A DNA stretch of 64,000 nucleotides from an uncultured virus (IMG/VR IMGVR_UViG_3300031998_000047) (IMGVR_UViG_3300031998_000047); one strand, 5' to 3'. Positions 41,147-49,649 are shown, counted from the stretch's first letter. Made by a program: numbers and translations. The notes: generated by a model not told the origin, from the sequence alone.

Positions 41147-42151
41147 CTACTTGTCCTCCTTTACTTTAATGTTTACATAGCCAGCACGCTTTGTTACCTT
41201 GGTGTACTGCGCAAGCACTTTCTTTGCCTTACGCGGATGTGTTTTCTGCATATCATCCATGTATTTCTTACCGTCGAAAGACTTGCTTTCCGTTGGGTCT
41301 ACACGGGTAATGGCAAACATATCGTTCTTGATGGACTTGATGTCCTTTTCCACCATGAAATCATAGAGGCGTTTCTTGAACTCATCGACCTTGTTTTCGC
41401 GGTCTTTGATTTCCTGCAACACTACCGCAATATCCTCAAACTGAGTCTTTACGGCTGCTGGCAGCAGATTGGCATCCACCTCATCGCCTTCGTAGAACTC
41501 AACGAACGTAGAAAGGAAATCGTTTACAAGCTGCATGGATTTCTTGATGTCGAAATATGCGGCAGACGTAAAGCGAACCTCCTTAACGGTAAGGCGTGAC
41601 GGGTCAAGCTCCAGCGCATCGTTGGCCAATGCCTCTTCGAGGTCTAAGCCGTCTGTGTTGTAGTGAACCAAGTTAAGCTTAACCTGCCATCCATCACCAA
41701 GCTTATCCGCAATCTCCTTTCCAAGAAGATAATGAACGAAAAGCTGTGCCTTGTAGGTTTGCCGTGTTTCCTCAATAGAGTACTTAGTGGTCTTAACCTC
41801 GTAGATGAACAGAATCTTTCTTGCATCATCCTGCAATACAAGGTCGGGGTGAGAAATCAGCTTAACGTTGGCATACGAATACTTTTCGGACACCCATTTC
41901 GGGTTAGATTGATAACGTGGGTCGTTGGCGGCGAGGTGCTTGTAGATAAGCATTTCCATTTCGTCGCCAGCCTTGATAGCTGCGGTACGCGGAATCTCCT
42001 CCTGCGGAATCAAGCCCTTGCATATTGCCAAACGCTTGTGTGCTGATTTTGGAACATAGCCAAGCGCACAAATCTGCGCCAGCATCTTGCCATCGGAACT
42101 ACCCAAGCAACCTACACGGGTGTTGGCAATTTCGTTTTTGTAATCTTCCAT
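41147..42151 (-). CDS. YqaJ/lambda-exonuclease-like nuclease, partner of RecT
   Basis: R...LGSSD, G..ME, SHPD, YEVKT and Y..QL motifs. Confidence 0.75.
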   Translation of the reverse strand: MEDYKNEIANTRVGCLGSSDGKMLAQICALGYVPKSAHKRLAICKGLIPQEEIPRTAAIKAGDEMEMLIYKHLAANDPRYQSNPKWVSEKYSYANVKLISHPDLVLQDDARKILFIYEVKTTKYSIEETRQTYKAQLFVHYLLGKEIADKLGDGWQVKLNLVHYNTDGLDLEEALANDALELDPSRLTVKEVRFTSAAYFDIKKSMQLVNDFLSTFVEFYEGDEVDANLLPAAVKTQFEDIAVVLQEIKDRENKVDEFKKRLYDFMVEKDIKSIKNDMFAITRVDPTESKSFDGKKYMDDMQKTHPRKAKKVLAQYTKVTKRAGYVNIKVKEDK

Positions 42152-42164
42152 AAAAATAAAAATT

Positions 42165-42767
42165 TTAATCGTTTATATCAACCTTATAATTCATTAATGC
42201 GTCATATACTTTCTTAGTTATTTTACCTTGATTATAATATAATTTGGCAACGTCTTTTACGTGTTTCTCTTTTGCTTTTTTATAAGAAACGAAAGCAGAA
42301 TATTCGTCATCAAAACGTCCCAAAACAATTAATTTACCATTTATGCGTACCTGCGCAATATACCTAACAATAGATGACTTGGTTATTTTTTTTGTTACAC
42401 CAATTAAGCAATCACCCCTACACGCTTTTCTGTTTATTATCAACGTATTTATTTCGTTAGGTACGAAACAACAAGTTTCTGGTGAGTATATTTTGTTACC
42501 TTTAACGAGAATATCTTTATCTAAACAATAATTGTCTTTATATCCGTTTTGCGGGTCATCAAACCATTTTTTAAAGTTGCTAAACGTAAGCCATTCTTGA
42601 CACACACAACATTCCGAATAGCAATTATCGTTTCTATTGTTGTTGTGTGTGTTGTAATAGCAACGTCTAATCATTTTAACCCAATGAATATAAGACCTTT
42701 CCAAACTTATATTCAAAGTATCAATATCGTTTATAGCAACACCGCAAATAATCTTATGAGAACCCAT
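42165..42767 (-). CDS. HNH-type homing endonuclease with AP2-like C-terminus
   Basis: W..M..RC, VC.EW..F.NF..W, LDKD...NK.YSPETC and YIAQV......LGRF motifs; AT-rich. Confidence 0.7.
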   Translation of the reverse strand: MGSHKIICGVAINDIDTLNISLERSYIHWVKMIRRCYYNTHNNNRNDNCYSECCVCQEWLTFSNFKKWFDDPQNGYKDNYCLDKDILVKGNKIYSPETCCFVPNEINTLIINRKACRGDCLIGVTKKITKSSIVRYIAQVRINGKLIVLGRFDDEYSAFVSYKKAKEKHVKDVAKLYYNQGKITKKVYDALMNYKVDIND

Positions 42768-42787
42768 GATATTTATATATTTATTGT

Positions 42788-43105
42788 TTAGAGTTGAACT
42801 TCCGAAATACCCTCGAAAAGCACATCAAGGCCGCAGGCGGTAGCCACATGCAGCTCGGTTAAGCAGCCAGCCGAACGATTCCAGTCCTGCATAAGGAAAA
42901 TGGCGTCTGCCTGCAAGAGCATGATAATATCACGCTTCATGTGCTGAGATGTTGGTGCGCTTACATCAAGCCCGTTTTTCATCGGGTTTAGAATCTGATA
43001 GCCCAATTTCGACAGCTTTGTTTCCATTTCTTGAAACGTCTGCTGGCGTTCGTGAATGTCGTAGCCGCTGATAGGTGCGGACAAATATATGCATTTTTTT
43101 CTCAT
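42788..43105 (-). CDS. DUF4406 (nucleoside deoxyribosyltransferase-like) protein
   Basis: IYLSAPISG, NP, DAIFLM.DW..SAGC..E motifs. Confidence 0.75.
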   Translation of the reverse strand: MRKKCIYLSAPISGYDIHERQQTFQEMETKLSKLGYQILNPMKNGLDVSAPTSQHMKRDIIMLLQADAIFLMQDWNRSAGCLTELHVATACGLDVLFEGISEVQL

Positions 43106-43109
43106 ATTT

Positions 43110-43667
43110 TTATTTAAATTTAAAGATATAACCCTTTACAGACTTGTACTTTGGTTTATTATAGCAACAATCAGCAATGTGCGACGAATTTGCATTTATT
43201 GCACGACCAGCCTCTTTTATGCTACGAAACTCTTGCACAAATATACCATCTTTTGTAAACATAAGAACAGGCTTTCTTGTTCTCATTTTATTTATCTGTT
43301 TTTCCCTTCTTGTTCCGTAATTTATATTTTCTTTACACGTAACCCATTCCAGATTATCAAACCTATTATTTGTTTTATCTTCGTCTTTGTGGTTAATTTG
43401 CAAACCTTTTTTATAGCCGTTAACAAAACTAATACCAACCAAACGATGAATATATTTTTGTTTATATATACCGTCTTTAACCAATATTACTTTAAGATAA
43501 CCTCTACCAGCCATTTGTGGCTTAAAAATTCTTTCTTTATGAAAATGGCCGTTCGTATCATATCTGGCGATAGATTTTACACGTCCAAGATTGGATATTT
43601 GGTATATGCCAAAATAACCATCAATATCTTTCCATATTTCATTTGTTGTCGTGTTCATTCCCGTCAT
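43110..43667 (-). CDS. NUMOD4-HNH homing endonuclease
   Basis: EIWKDI.GY.G.YQISNLGRVKS, HRLV, INHKDEDK.NN..DNLEW and a NUMOD1-like tail. Confidence 0.88.
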   Translation of the reverse strand: MTGMNTTTNEIWKDIDGYFGIYQISNLGRVKSIARYDTNGHFHKERIFKPQMAGRGYLKVILVKDGIYKQKYIHRLVGISFVNGYKKGLQINHKDEDKTNNRFDNLEWVTCKENINYGTRREKQINKMRTRKPVLMFTKDGIFVQEFRSIKEAGRAINANSSHIADCCYNKPKYKSVKGYIFKFK

Positions 43668-44034
43668 TTTTAGTTTTTTTCTTATTTGATTTCGTTTGAA
43701 TAATGCCAATATCACGAACGATAACGGTTAGCTGAATGTATTCAATGCCCTTGTATTCGGATTTATGGCTGCTTAATCGGCCAAGGATGGATGCACGCAT
43801 ACCACGATGCACATCAATGCGGCGTAGGTAGTCGAGCAGTTTCTTGTCATATACGAATATGCGCACGTAGGTTTGCGCCCTTGTGCGCTCCGTATCATCA
43901 GCCAGCTCCTTTAGGTAGGAGTTGATAGCAAGGGAAAATGTTGCCATTTCCTTTGCATCGCTTGTCCTGCCAAACTTGAAATCATCACCAATCAAGCCTT
44001 CAAGCAATACTATGTTTTTATCCAATTTTGCCAT
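43639..44034 (-). CDS. ssb: Single-stranded DNA-binding protein
   Basis: N.V.L.G.IG.D, ATFSLA and G.....GRL motifs; TATCTTTG promoter element at 44059-44052. Confidence 0.7.
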   Translation of the reverse strand: MAKLDKNIVLLEGLIGDDFKFGRTSDAKEMATFSLAINSYLKELADDTERTRAQTYVRIFVYDKKLLDYLRRIDVHRGMRASILGRLSSHKSEYKGIEYIQLTVIVRDIGIIQTKSNKKKTKNDGNEHDNK

Positions 44035-44393
44035 TTTCGTGAAATTTGATGCAAAGATACAAATAATTTGGCATATATAAAAGCATTGTTACGTTTATTT
44101 AAGTTAATTATTGTTTACAAGTTCCTGCGCCCATTTTGATAGGTGTGTTTTCTTGTACCAATTGATAGCCATGCGGTGAAAATGTGCGACGCATAGCCCT
44201 TTATTGTCTATATACCGTTCGGGGTGTGCGCTGAAACGCTCGGCGTGCTCCAGCACCTTTTGGCGGGATGCCGTGAAATCGAAAGTTTCTCCGTTTTCGT
44301 CGACGAAATGTGCCTTAAAGCAGTTATCATCGGCGCAGGCGAACTCCATACATTTCACGTTGTAGTCAATCGTAAAAATTAATTCTTCCTTAG

Positions 44394-44753
44394 TCATAGT
44401 GTTTTCGTCATTGTGTACTCGTCTTTTCCGATATACGTAATCTGAAATCCCAAAGAGGAATACCAAGCTACAAGCCAGTCTTTATTTTTATCGACGTTAA
44501 GCTCGGCAAATGCTTTACCATACTTGCGTGCAACTGCCAAGGCGTTCTTGATAAGCTCCGTTCCTATACCCTGCCTGCGGTTAAGCACAAACACGGATAG
44601 GTCGCAGATATAAGCGGTAACGGGGTAATCATCCTCCAGCTTGACGCAGATAGTGCCGATACCTTGTTTGTGGATAATATCTACCGTCTTACCCCAATGC
44701 CATTCGTTAGTGTGGCAAAGGTAATTGTTACAAACTTCGTCCATATCAATCAT
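44394..44753 (-). CDS. GNAT acetyltransferase
   Basis: RRQGIGTEL acetyl-CoA motif; WYSSLGF. Confidence 0.8.
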   Translation of the reverse strand: MIDMDEVCNNYLCHTNEWHWGKTVDIIHKQGIGTICVKLEDDYPVTAYICDLSVFVLNRRQGIGTELIKNALAVARKYGKAFAELNVDKNKDWLVAWYSSLGFQITYIGKDEYTMTKTL

Positions 44754-44933
44754 CTTTCATGTTCACCAAACAGAAGATTGCAACTACAATCCAAAAGATG
44801 CCACGCATCGGGTCTTCGTGGAAGTAATGGCGGAAGCCGTTGATAACGCCACAGAAAAGTCCTACAGCCGACCAAACGGTATCGTTGGTTAATGCTGCCA
44901 ATACCTTTTTCCAAATGTTTTTTGAAATCTTAA

Positions 44934-45371
44934 TCATACGTTTTCTTTGTTTTTGTTGTTAATGTATTCGTTTATTGCCTGCTGGCATAAAGAGTCACAA
45001 AGCTCATTGTAAAAGTTCCCGTTGTGGGATTTTACCCAAGAATACGTTACCGAAAGGCCACGCGACTCAATGATGTTATCATAGAGTGTAAGCAAATCCG
45101 TATTCTTGTATCGTATGCAGCGTTTACTGCAAGCATCAAGCGCATATTTTGAGTCGCTTATGACGGTACAGCTATCGGCATCTTCGGGCAAAGCATACAC
45201 GGCACTTATGATGGCTTTCAGCTCCGCACGCCCGCTGGTTTCGCCCTTTACGGTCTGATGCAGGCGGCGTACCTCCCTTTTGGGTACTGCTTGTATCATA
45301 ACGTATGCAATGGAACTGCGCTCATGTTCGGGGAAATATGCCCCGTCTGTATAAATTAAATAATGAGCCAT
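44934..45371 (-). CDS. rnhA: Ribonuclease HI (paralog 2)
   Basis: YTDG, RAELKAI, SDSKY and WVKSH.G..YNE.CD catalytic motifs. Confidence 0.85.
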   Translation of the reverse strand: MAHYLIYTDGAYFPEHERSSIAYVMIQAVPKREVRRLHQTVKGETSGRAELKAIISAVYALPEDADSCTVISDSKYALDACSKRCIRYKNTDLLTLYDNIIESRGLSVTYSWVKSHNGNFYNELCDSLCQQAINEYINNKNKENV

Positions 45372-45392
45372 AAAAGGTTTCAGTTCGTAGAT

Positions 45393-45830
45393 TTACTTTT
45401 TCTTGTATTTCGCAAATTCTGCGTTCAAGTCCATGCCAGCAACCTCGCTACACATCTTGTCGCACATTTCGTTGTATTGGTTGCCATCGTGACCACGTAC
45501 CCATTCGTATAAAACATTTAATCGTCGCTCTTTGATAATCTTGTCGTAGATAGGAAATAGGTCGGTATTTGACTTGCGCTGCCATTTGCCACTAAGAGTA
45601 TAAAGCGCATATTGCGAATCGGAAATAATTTGAACGTCGGTAGCATCCGTAGGTAGATGATGCACGCCAGCAATAATAGCTTTAAGTTCTGCGCGATTGT
45701 TCGTTTCTTTCTCGATTTTCCAAGCGTTTTTCTTGATAACGTTTTCCTTATCGTCAAGCATCACGTACGCAAACGCACCTATATCTTTCAACTGTGAATA
45801 ACCGCCATCCGTATAAATAGTGTACCTCAT
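45393..45830 (-). CDS. rnhA: Ribonuclease HI (paralog 1)
   Basis: YTDG, TNNRAELKAI, SDSQY and WVRGH.GN.YNE.CD motifs. Confidence 0.9.
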   Translation of the reverse strand: MRYTIYTDGGYSQLKDIGAFAYVMLDDKENVIKKNAWKIEKETNNRAELKAIIAGVHHLPTDATDVQIISDSQYALYTLSGKWQRKSNTDLFPIYDKIIKERRLNVLYEWVRGHDGNQYNEMCDKMCSEVAGMDLNAEFAKYKKK

Positions 45831-45934
45831 AATAATTAATTAATTTATCGTACTTTCTTTACTATAATATTCTATAATTATTATATTTAACAAACATAGT
45901 TTTGATTTTTGAACCTTGATTTTTCACAAAATCC

Positions 45935-46378
45935 CCAAAAGCGCGTGTCACCGCACTCTGGTTATTCTGTGATTTAACGTAGTCCGTCATCCGTCCCCCG
46001 TCAATCCCACACAAGTTTCTATGTAAGTGAACTTGCTTTGTTTCATTCCGTCCTTACCAACGTTGCCCCCAAGCGAACCAAACAACCATTTCCAAGTTGC
46101 AACCCCTACTTGCCACCCACAGGTTTCTCTTTTGGTGGTATTTAACCCAACGCCAAGCGTGTCTACCAATACAATTCCTCTTTCGGTTTCTAATGGACGT
46201 ACAAACGTCGGGCGAGTGATAAAGGAAAGCCCTACACCTACAAAATGCGGAAATCCCTATCAAGCAGTGACGGTGCAAGATAGGGATAATTCCTTTGTAT
46301 AGTGTAGAGCTATTCGTGAATCTCAAATTACTATCTACCGAAAAGTCCGTGTTCAAGCCCGTCACACTTGTTTCACGG
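45935..46378 (-). ncRNA. Putative structured ncRNA/leader with kissing loops, upstream of the RNase H pair
   Basis: Own promoter element (TATCTTTG 46388-46381); two hairpins with complementary loops GTGACGG/CCGTCAC; G-rich 3' half; no credible ORF. Confidence 0.55.
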
Positions 46379-46439
46379 TGCAAAGATAAGAAAAACTTTT
46401 TATATTCCAATAATCCGTTAAGATTATTTAAGAAAAAAC

Positions 46440-47840
46440 CTACAGATTATACGCCTCGATGGTGTTTATGAGCGCGTTCTTATCTTCCTCAAGTAGTTTC
46501 ATGAGGTCGAAAATCTTTTCGCTGAACCCTGCAAGGCAGAACACATCTTTCTCTGGTACTTGCAGTGTGCCATAGCCAGCAAGGTCTATTGAGTACATCT
46601 TGCAATCAGGGTTGTACTTCTGCTTGTATGCGTTGTACGCTGCTGACTGAGACTTCACCCAGTAGTCGTTCTGCATCCAAGCCTGCATATCTGACAAAAG
46701 GATAACACGGTCATATTTCCTATTTGCCGTTTCAAAGATAGAAATAAAGTTTGTGCCACCACCCGAAAACCTCAGATTATCCTTGATAGTCATAAGACTA
46801 TCGTCAGTATTTACGATTTGATATGTAGAGTTGTGTGAAAACTTAATCAAGTCGCAGTCGTTTGACTTCAACAAGACGGCAGCGAACAACGCTGCAATGT
46901 CAGATACGCCATACATAGAGCCTGACACGTCAAGGGCTATAAGCGTCTTACCGCCAAGCTTGGGTACGTTGTCGCAGGCAATCTCGCAGGCACGGCTTAT
47001 TGCCGACATAGCCTTTGAATCAATCGTTGACAGTTCCTTGTATGCAGTGGCAAAGCGGAACGGAAGAACGAGCGACTTGTGTATTGCCTTTTCATTCAGC
47101 AGTGCATCCAAGGCAAGGTCTTTCAGCTCGTCGTCCTGTAGGTTCGCGATGTTGCGTATGTTGCGAAGCAGTGCAAAATATCCCAACTTGTTCTCGGAGA
47201 TAAGTTTGCGCCATGCGCTTTTCTTCTTTTCCACGTCATTGCCTGCCGCAGACAACTCTACCTCCCAAGTGTCAAATGCTTTAAGGTTGCCGTTGACCAA
47301 CTTTTCAATAGCACCGTTGTTCTTCTCTGTCTGCGTCGGGTGCACCAAGTTCACGACATCCACAAGTTTTACCTTGTTGCCATCGCCTCTGTACTTAGAC
47401 AATTGGTAGTCAGTGAAAGTACCTAACGCTTCTGCAAAACCCTTCTTCATGGCATTAGAAACCTTCTCGTTGCGTGACAGGTGACAAGCGATGATTTCCG
47501 TCATGTCATCAGGTCTGTAAACGACCTTCGCAAAGAAATCCTTTGCCCACGTCTCACCACCGATGTACTTCGCAAGCACTGAAGCCGCATAGTGTGTGAT
47601 TGTGCGCATACCAAACTCCCTGCGTGCATAGCATACAGCCTTGGCGCAGAACAGCTTGTCGCAGTCCTTGACAAGTTCATCAAGTTTTTTGAATGTGTCG
47701 TCTGCACTACGGTATGTCTTGTCGTCTCCGAATGAAGTCAGCAGCATAGACACCAACTGTAGTTCCTTACTCTCTTTGTAAGCCTTACCACCTGCAAGGT
47801 TGGTAACACCAGTTTCCTTTTTCTCGTTGAATCGTGACAT
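46440..47840 (-). CDS. rsr: Ro60/TROVE-domain RNA-binding protein (Rsr-like) with vWA domain
   Basis: N-terminal N.AGG.AY; YAR...MR, KY, TWE.ELS, ALLRNIRN and LPFRF motifs; MIDAS DVSGSM, GGT, SDMQ, GFSE. True start probably MSRFN at 47840. Confidence 0.9.
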   Translation of the reverse strand: MSRFNEKKETGVTNLAGGKAYKESKELQLVSMLLTSFGDDKTYRSADDTFKKLDELVKDCDKLFCAKAVCYARREFGMRTITHYAASVLAKYIGGETWAKDFFAKVVYRPDDMTEIIACHLSRNEKVSNAMKKGFAEALGTFTDYQLSKYRGDGNKVKLVDVVNLVHPTQTEKNNGAIEKLVNGNLKAFDTWEVELSAAGNDVEKKKSAWRKLISENKLGYFALLRNIRNIANLQDDELKDLALDALLNEKAIHKSLVLPFRFATAYKELSTIDSKAMSAISRACEIACDNVPKLGGKTLIALDVSGSMYGVSDIAALFAAVLLKSNDCDLIKFSHNSTYQIVNTDDSLMTIKDNLRFSGGGTNFISIFETANRKYDRVILLSDMQAWMQNDYWVKSQSAAYNAYKQKYNPDCKMYSIDLAGYGTLQVPEKDVFCLAGFSEKIFDLMKLLEEDKNALINTIEAYNL

Positions 47841-47865
47841 AATTCTCTTGTTTTTTGTGAACGTA

Positions 47866-47907
47866 TATAAAAAAAGAAAGAGGGGAAACTTCGTAAAGCA
47901 TCCCCTC
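47866..47907 (-). terminator. Intrinsic terminator/attenuator between the Y RNAs and the Ro60 gene
   Basis: GAGGGGA-14 nt-TCCCCTC followed by TTTCTTTTTTT. Confidence 0.65.
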
Positions 47908-47915
47908 ATGTAGTT

Positions 47916-48061
47916 TATCCGAGATAGTTTGACAAGGAGCATTTTGCGTTGCTCTACCAACTGAGCTACTCCCTGATGTTTTCTGTTTGTCAGGGAGGGC
48001 AGGCTCGAACTACCGACACACGGCTCCCAAAGCGAAGTAACCCTGTCTGTCGCTACGGATA
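47916..48061 (-). ncRNA. yrlA: YrlA-type Y RNA with a permuted tRNA-like domain
   Basis: Terminal stem TATCCG/CGGATA. Order: T arm (GGTAG-TTCGAGC-CTGCC), closed acceptor hairpin (CTCCCTGA/TCAGGGAG), D arm (GCTC-AGTTGGTA-GAGC). Adjacent to the Ro60 gene. Confidence 0.85.
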
Positions 48062-48068
48062 TATATCA

Positions 48069-48143
48069 TTGAGGGAAAAACGAAAACAGTCAGTAATTAG
48101 CATTGTTTATAATAGATGAAGTAACTGTTTTCTCGCCACTCAA
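48069..48143 (-). ncRNA. Second Y-RNA-like gene (short, no tRNA domain)
   Basis: TTGAG/CTCAA terminal stem; TGG-CGA-GAAAACAGT stem then TACTTC, as in the YrlA; TGCT motif. Confidence 0.65.
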
Positions 48144-48162
48144 ACATTTTTTCAAAGAACGA

Positions 48163-48238
48163 AAAGCGAAGATAATTACCAACGGCATAGCGGGTCAATT
48201 TAGCAGATTGATGCAACCGTAAGCATCGCTATCGCTTT
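48163..48238 (-). ncRNA. Third Y-RNA-like gene (short)
   Basis: AAAGCGA/TCGCTTT terminal stem; TAG-CGA-stem-TTGCATC; TGCT and 3' ATCT as in the YrlA. Confidence 0.6.
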
Positions 48239-48245
48239 GTATATG

Positions 48246-48308
48246 CAAAGGTAGTTATAATATTTGAACCTGCAATGGGTTTTTTCAACTTTAACACAAC
48301 TTTAACAC
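48246..48308 (-). promoter_or_regulatory. Promoter of the Y RNA-Ro60 cassette with upstream GTGTTAAA direct repeat
   Basis: TACCTTTG at 48253-48246; GTGTTAAA-N3-GTGTTAAA at 48308-48290. Confidence 0.7.
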
Positions 48309-48417
48309 TTTGTCCTCATGTTTGGAGCTACAACCTGTGTCCGAGCAGTCGCTTTTATCGTTGTTCGGCATACACAGATGGCCTCCAATTGTGCATCCGT
48401 AAGTACATACGCCATAT

Positions 48418-48621
48418 TCAGCCAACACTAATGATTTCCAAGGAATACTGCTCGCAGTCGAACTTTTCGCCGACCTCGTGGTGGTTGCACCAGCGGATAG
48501 CATCGTTCATTTCATTAACACTTTTAGTCAGCTTGTAAACATGCTGTCCCAAGCTGCCGACAAGAATCTCGAGTGAAGTACCCGTGTTCTTATCCGTAAA
48601 CTTAATCATTTTCTTTGCCAT
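48418..48621 (-). CDS. Hypothetical protein
   Basis: 67 aa with an AT-rich leader. Confidence 0.5.
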   Translation of the reverse strand: MAKKMIKFTDKNTGTSLEILVGSLGQHVYKLTKSVNEMNDAIRWCNHHEVGEKFDCEQYSLEIISVG

Positions 48622-48677
48622 AGTTCCTAAATTTTTTATTGTTAAACTTTAAACCTTTACTTTTTGTCTTATTGATT

Positions 48678-49649
48678 TTAATGTTCAATACTAAGCAAAG
48701 CATTACCACATGTAATACGGTCTTCGTCTTCTTCCTTTGATGGAATAAACACGATGACTTCCCAACCCTCTTCAAGTAACGGCTGCTCAAATTGACGATA
48801 CACATCATACTTGTAATAACCATCGGGAGTATTGATGCCATTAGCATTGGCCTCGTTTGTTTCGTGTATTGGCGTAATCTTTACAATGAACTTATCCTTA
48901 TCGAACAGTCGGCTCAGTTCCTTGGGGTCAAGAATTGTTTTGTCAGTTACGGGAAAGTTTAATGTGTACTTTCGACCTATGGGCATAGGGAGCGAACGAC
49001 AGATATATGAAATACATTCTAATGACAAAGAACGACCTCTAAAAAGTTCATCACGCTGTTTCTCGTCCGTTGAATTTATAGATAGTTGCAAGCCAGCTTC
49101 TCCGTCATACTCTTCGTTTTTGATATGGCAAAACCTTTTCAGTATCTTACTTAGTTTTTCAATACCAAGGCTCTTTGGCATCATAGTCGTAAACACTGGA
49201 TGAATAACATCTGCTCTCATATTTGCATCAACAATGTCACGCAAGTCGTAAGAAAGGAAATCTAACACATTGTCGGCATTCAAAGATGGCTCGCCCATTC
49301 GCGCAAGGTGTAAATTGAAACGCTCAGTGTATTTGCATCCGCTGAACTTAATAGCGTTTACAACCTCTTCTGAAAGTTCTTCTCTTGAAACATTCCCGCC
49401 AAACTTAACCTTCGGGCAGTCACAGAACATACAATTCATCGGGCAACCTTTTTGCGTTGAAATAGTAACAACCATTTTGTCTTTAAGGTCAACTTTGTGG
49501 TGTGCTACTTGGTTGATTTCCTTCTTAAATCCAAGAAAATCTGCCTTGATGTTGTTCTCTTTGCCGTAGTCGCCTACATACAAATACTCCATTTTCTTAT
49601 CCGTGTCGCAAAATATTGCGCCAGTTCTTGTTTTAAATTCTTTAATCAT
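48678..49649 (-). CDS. RlmN/Cfr-like radical SAM enzyme
   Basis: STQKGCPMNCMFC (CxxxCxxC), MGEP, LQLSIN, R..L and C-terminal ITCG motifs. Confidence 0.8.
   Translation of the reverse strand: MIKEFKTRTGAIFCDTDKKMEYLYVGDYGKENNIKADFLGFKKEINQVAHHKVDLKDKMVVTISTQKGCPMNCMFCDCPKVKFGGNVSREELSEEVVNAIKFSGCKYTERFNLHLARMGEPSLNADNVLDFLSYDLRDIVDANMRADVIHPVFTTMMPKSLGIEKLSKILKRFCHIKNEEYDGEAGLQLSINSTDEKQRDELFRGRSLSLECISYICRSLPMPIGRKYTLNFPVTDKTILDPKELSRLFDKDKFIVKITPIHETNEANANGINTPDGYYKYDVYRQFEQPLLEEGWEVIVFIPSKEEDEDRITCGNALLSIEH

Noticed and set aside
42165..43667. Group I introns hosting the two HNH genes
   Set aside because: Neighbouring genes look intact and there is no intergenic room for an intron core; treated as free-standing endonucleases
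45987..46410. Short ORFs in the RNase H upstream region
   Set aside because: Atypical composition, overlap with the promoter and hairpins, and no recognisable motifs
47841..47960. 40-aa N-terminal extension of the TROVE ORF in the track
   Set aside because: Overlaps the YrlA and the terminator; the family-like N-terminus begins at MSRFN (47840)
47940..48035. Ordinary tRNA gene or tRNA fragments marking an att site
   Set aside because: Arms are in permuted order and enclosed by a terminal stem next to Ro60, which fits a Y RNA
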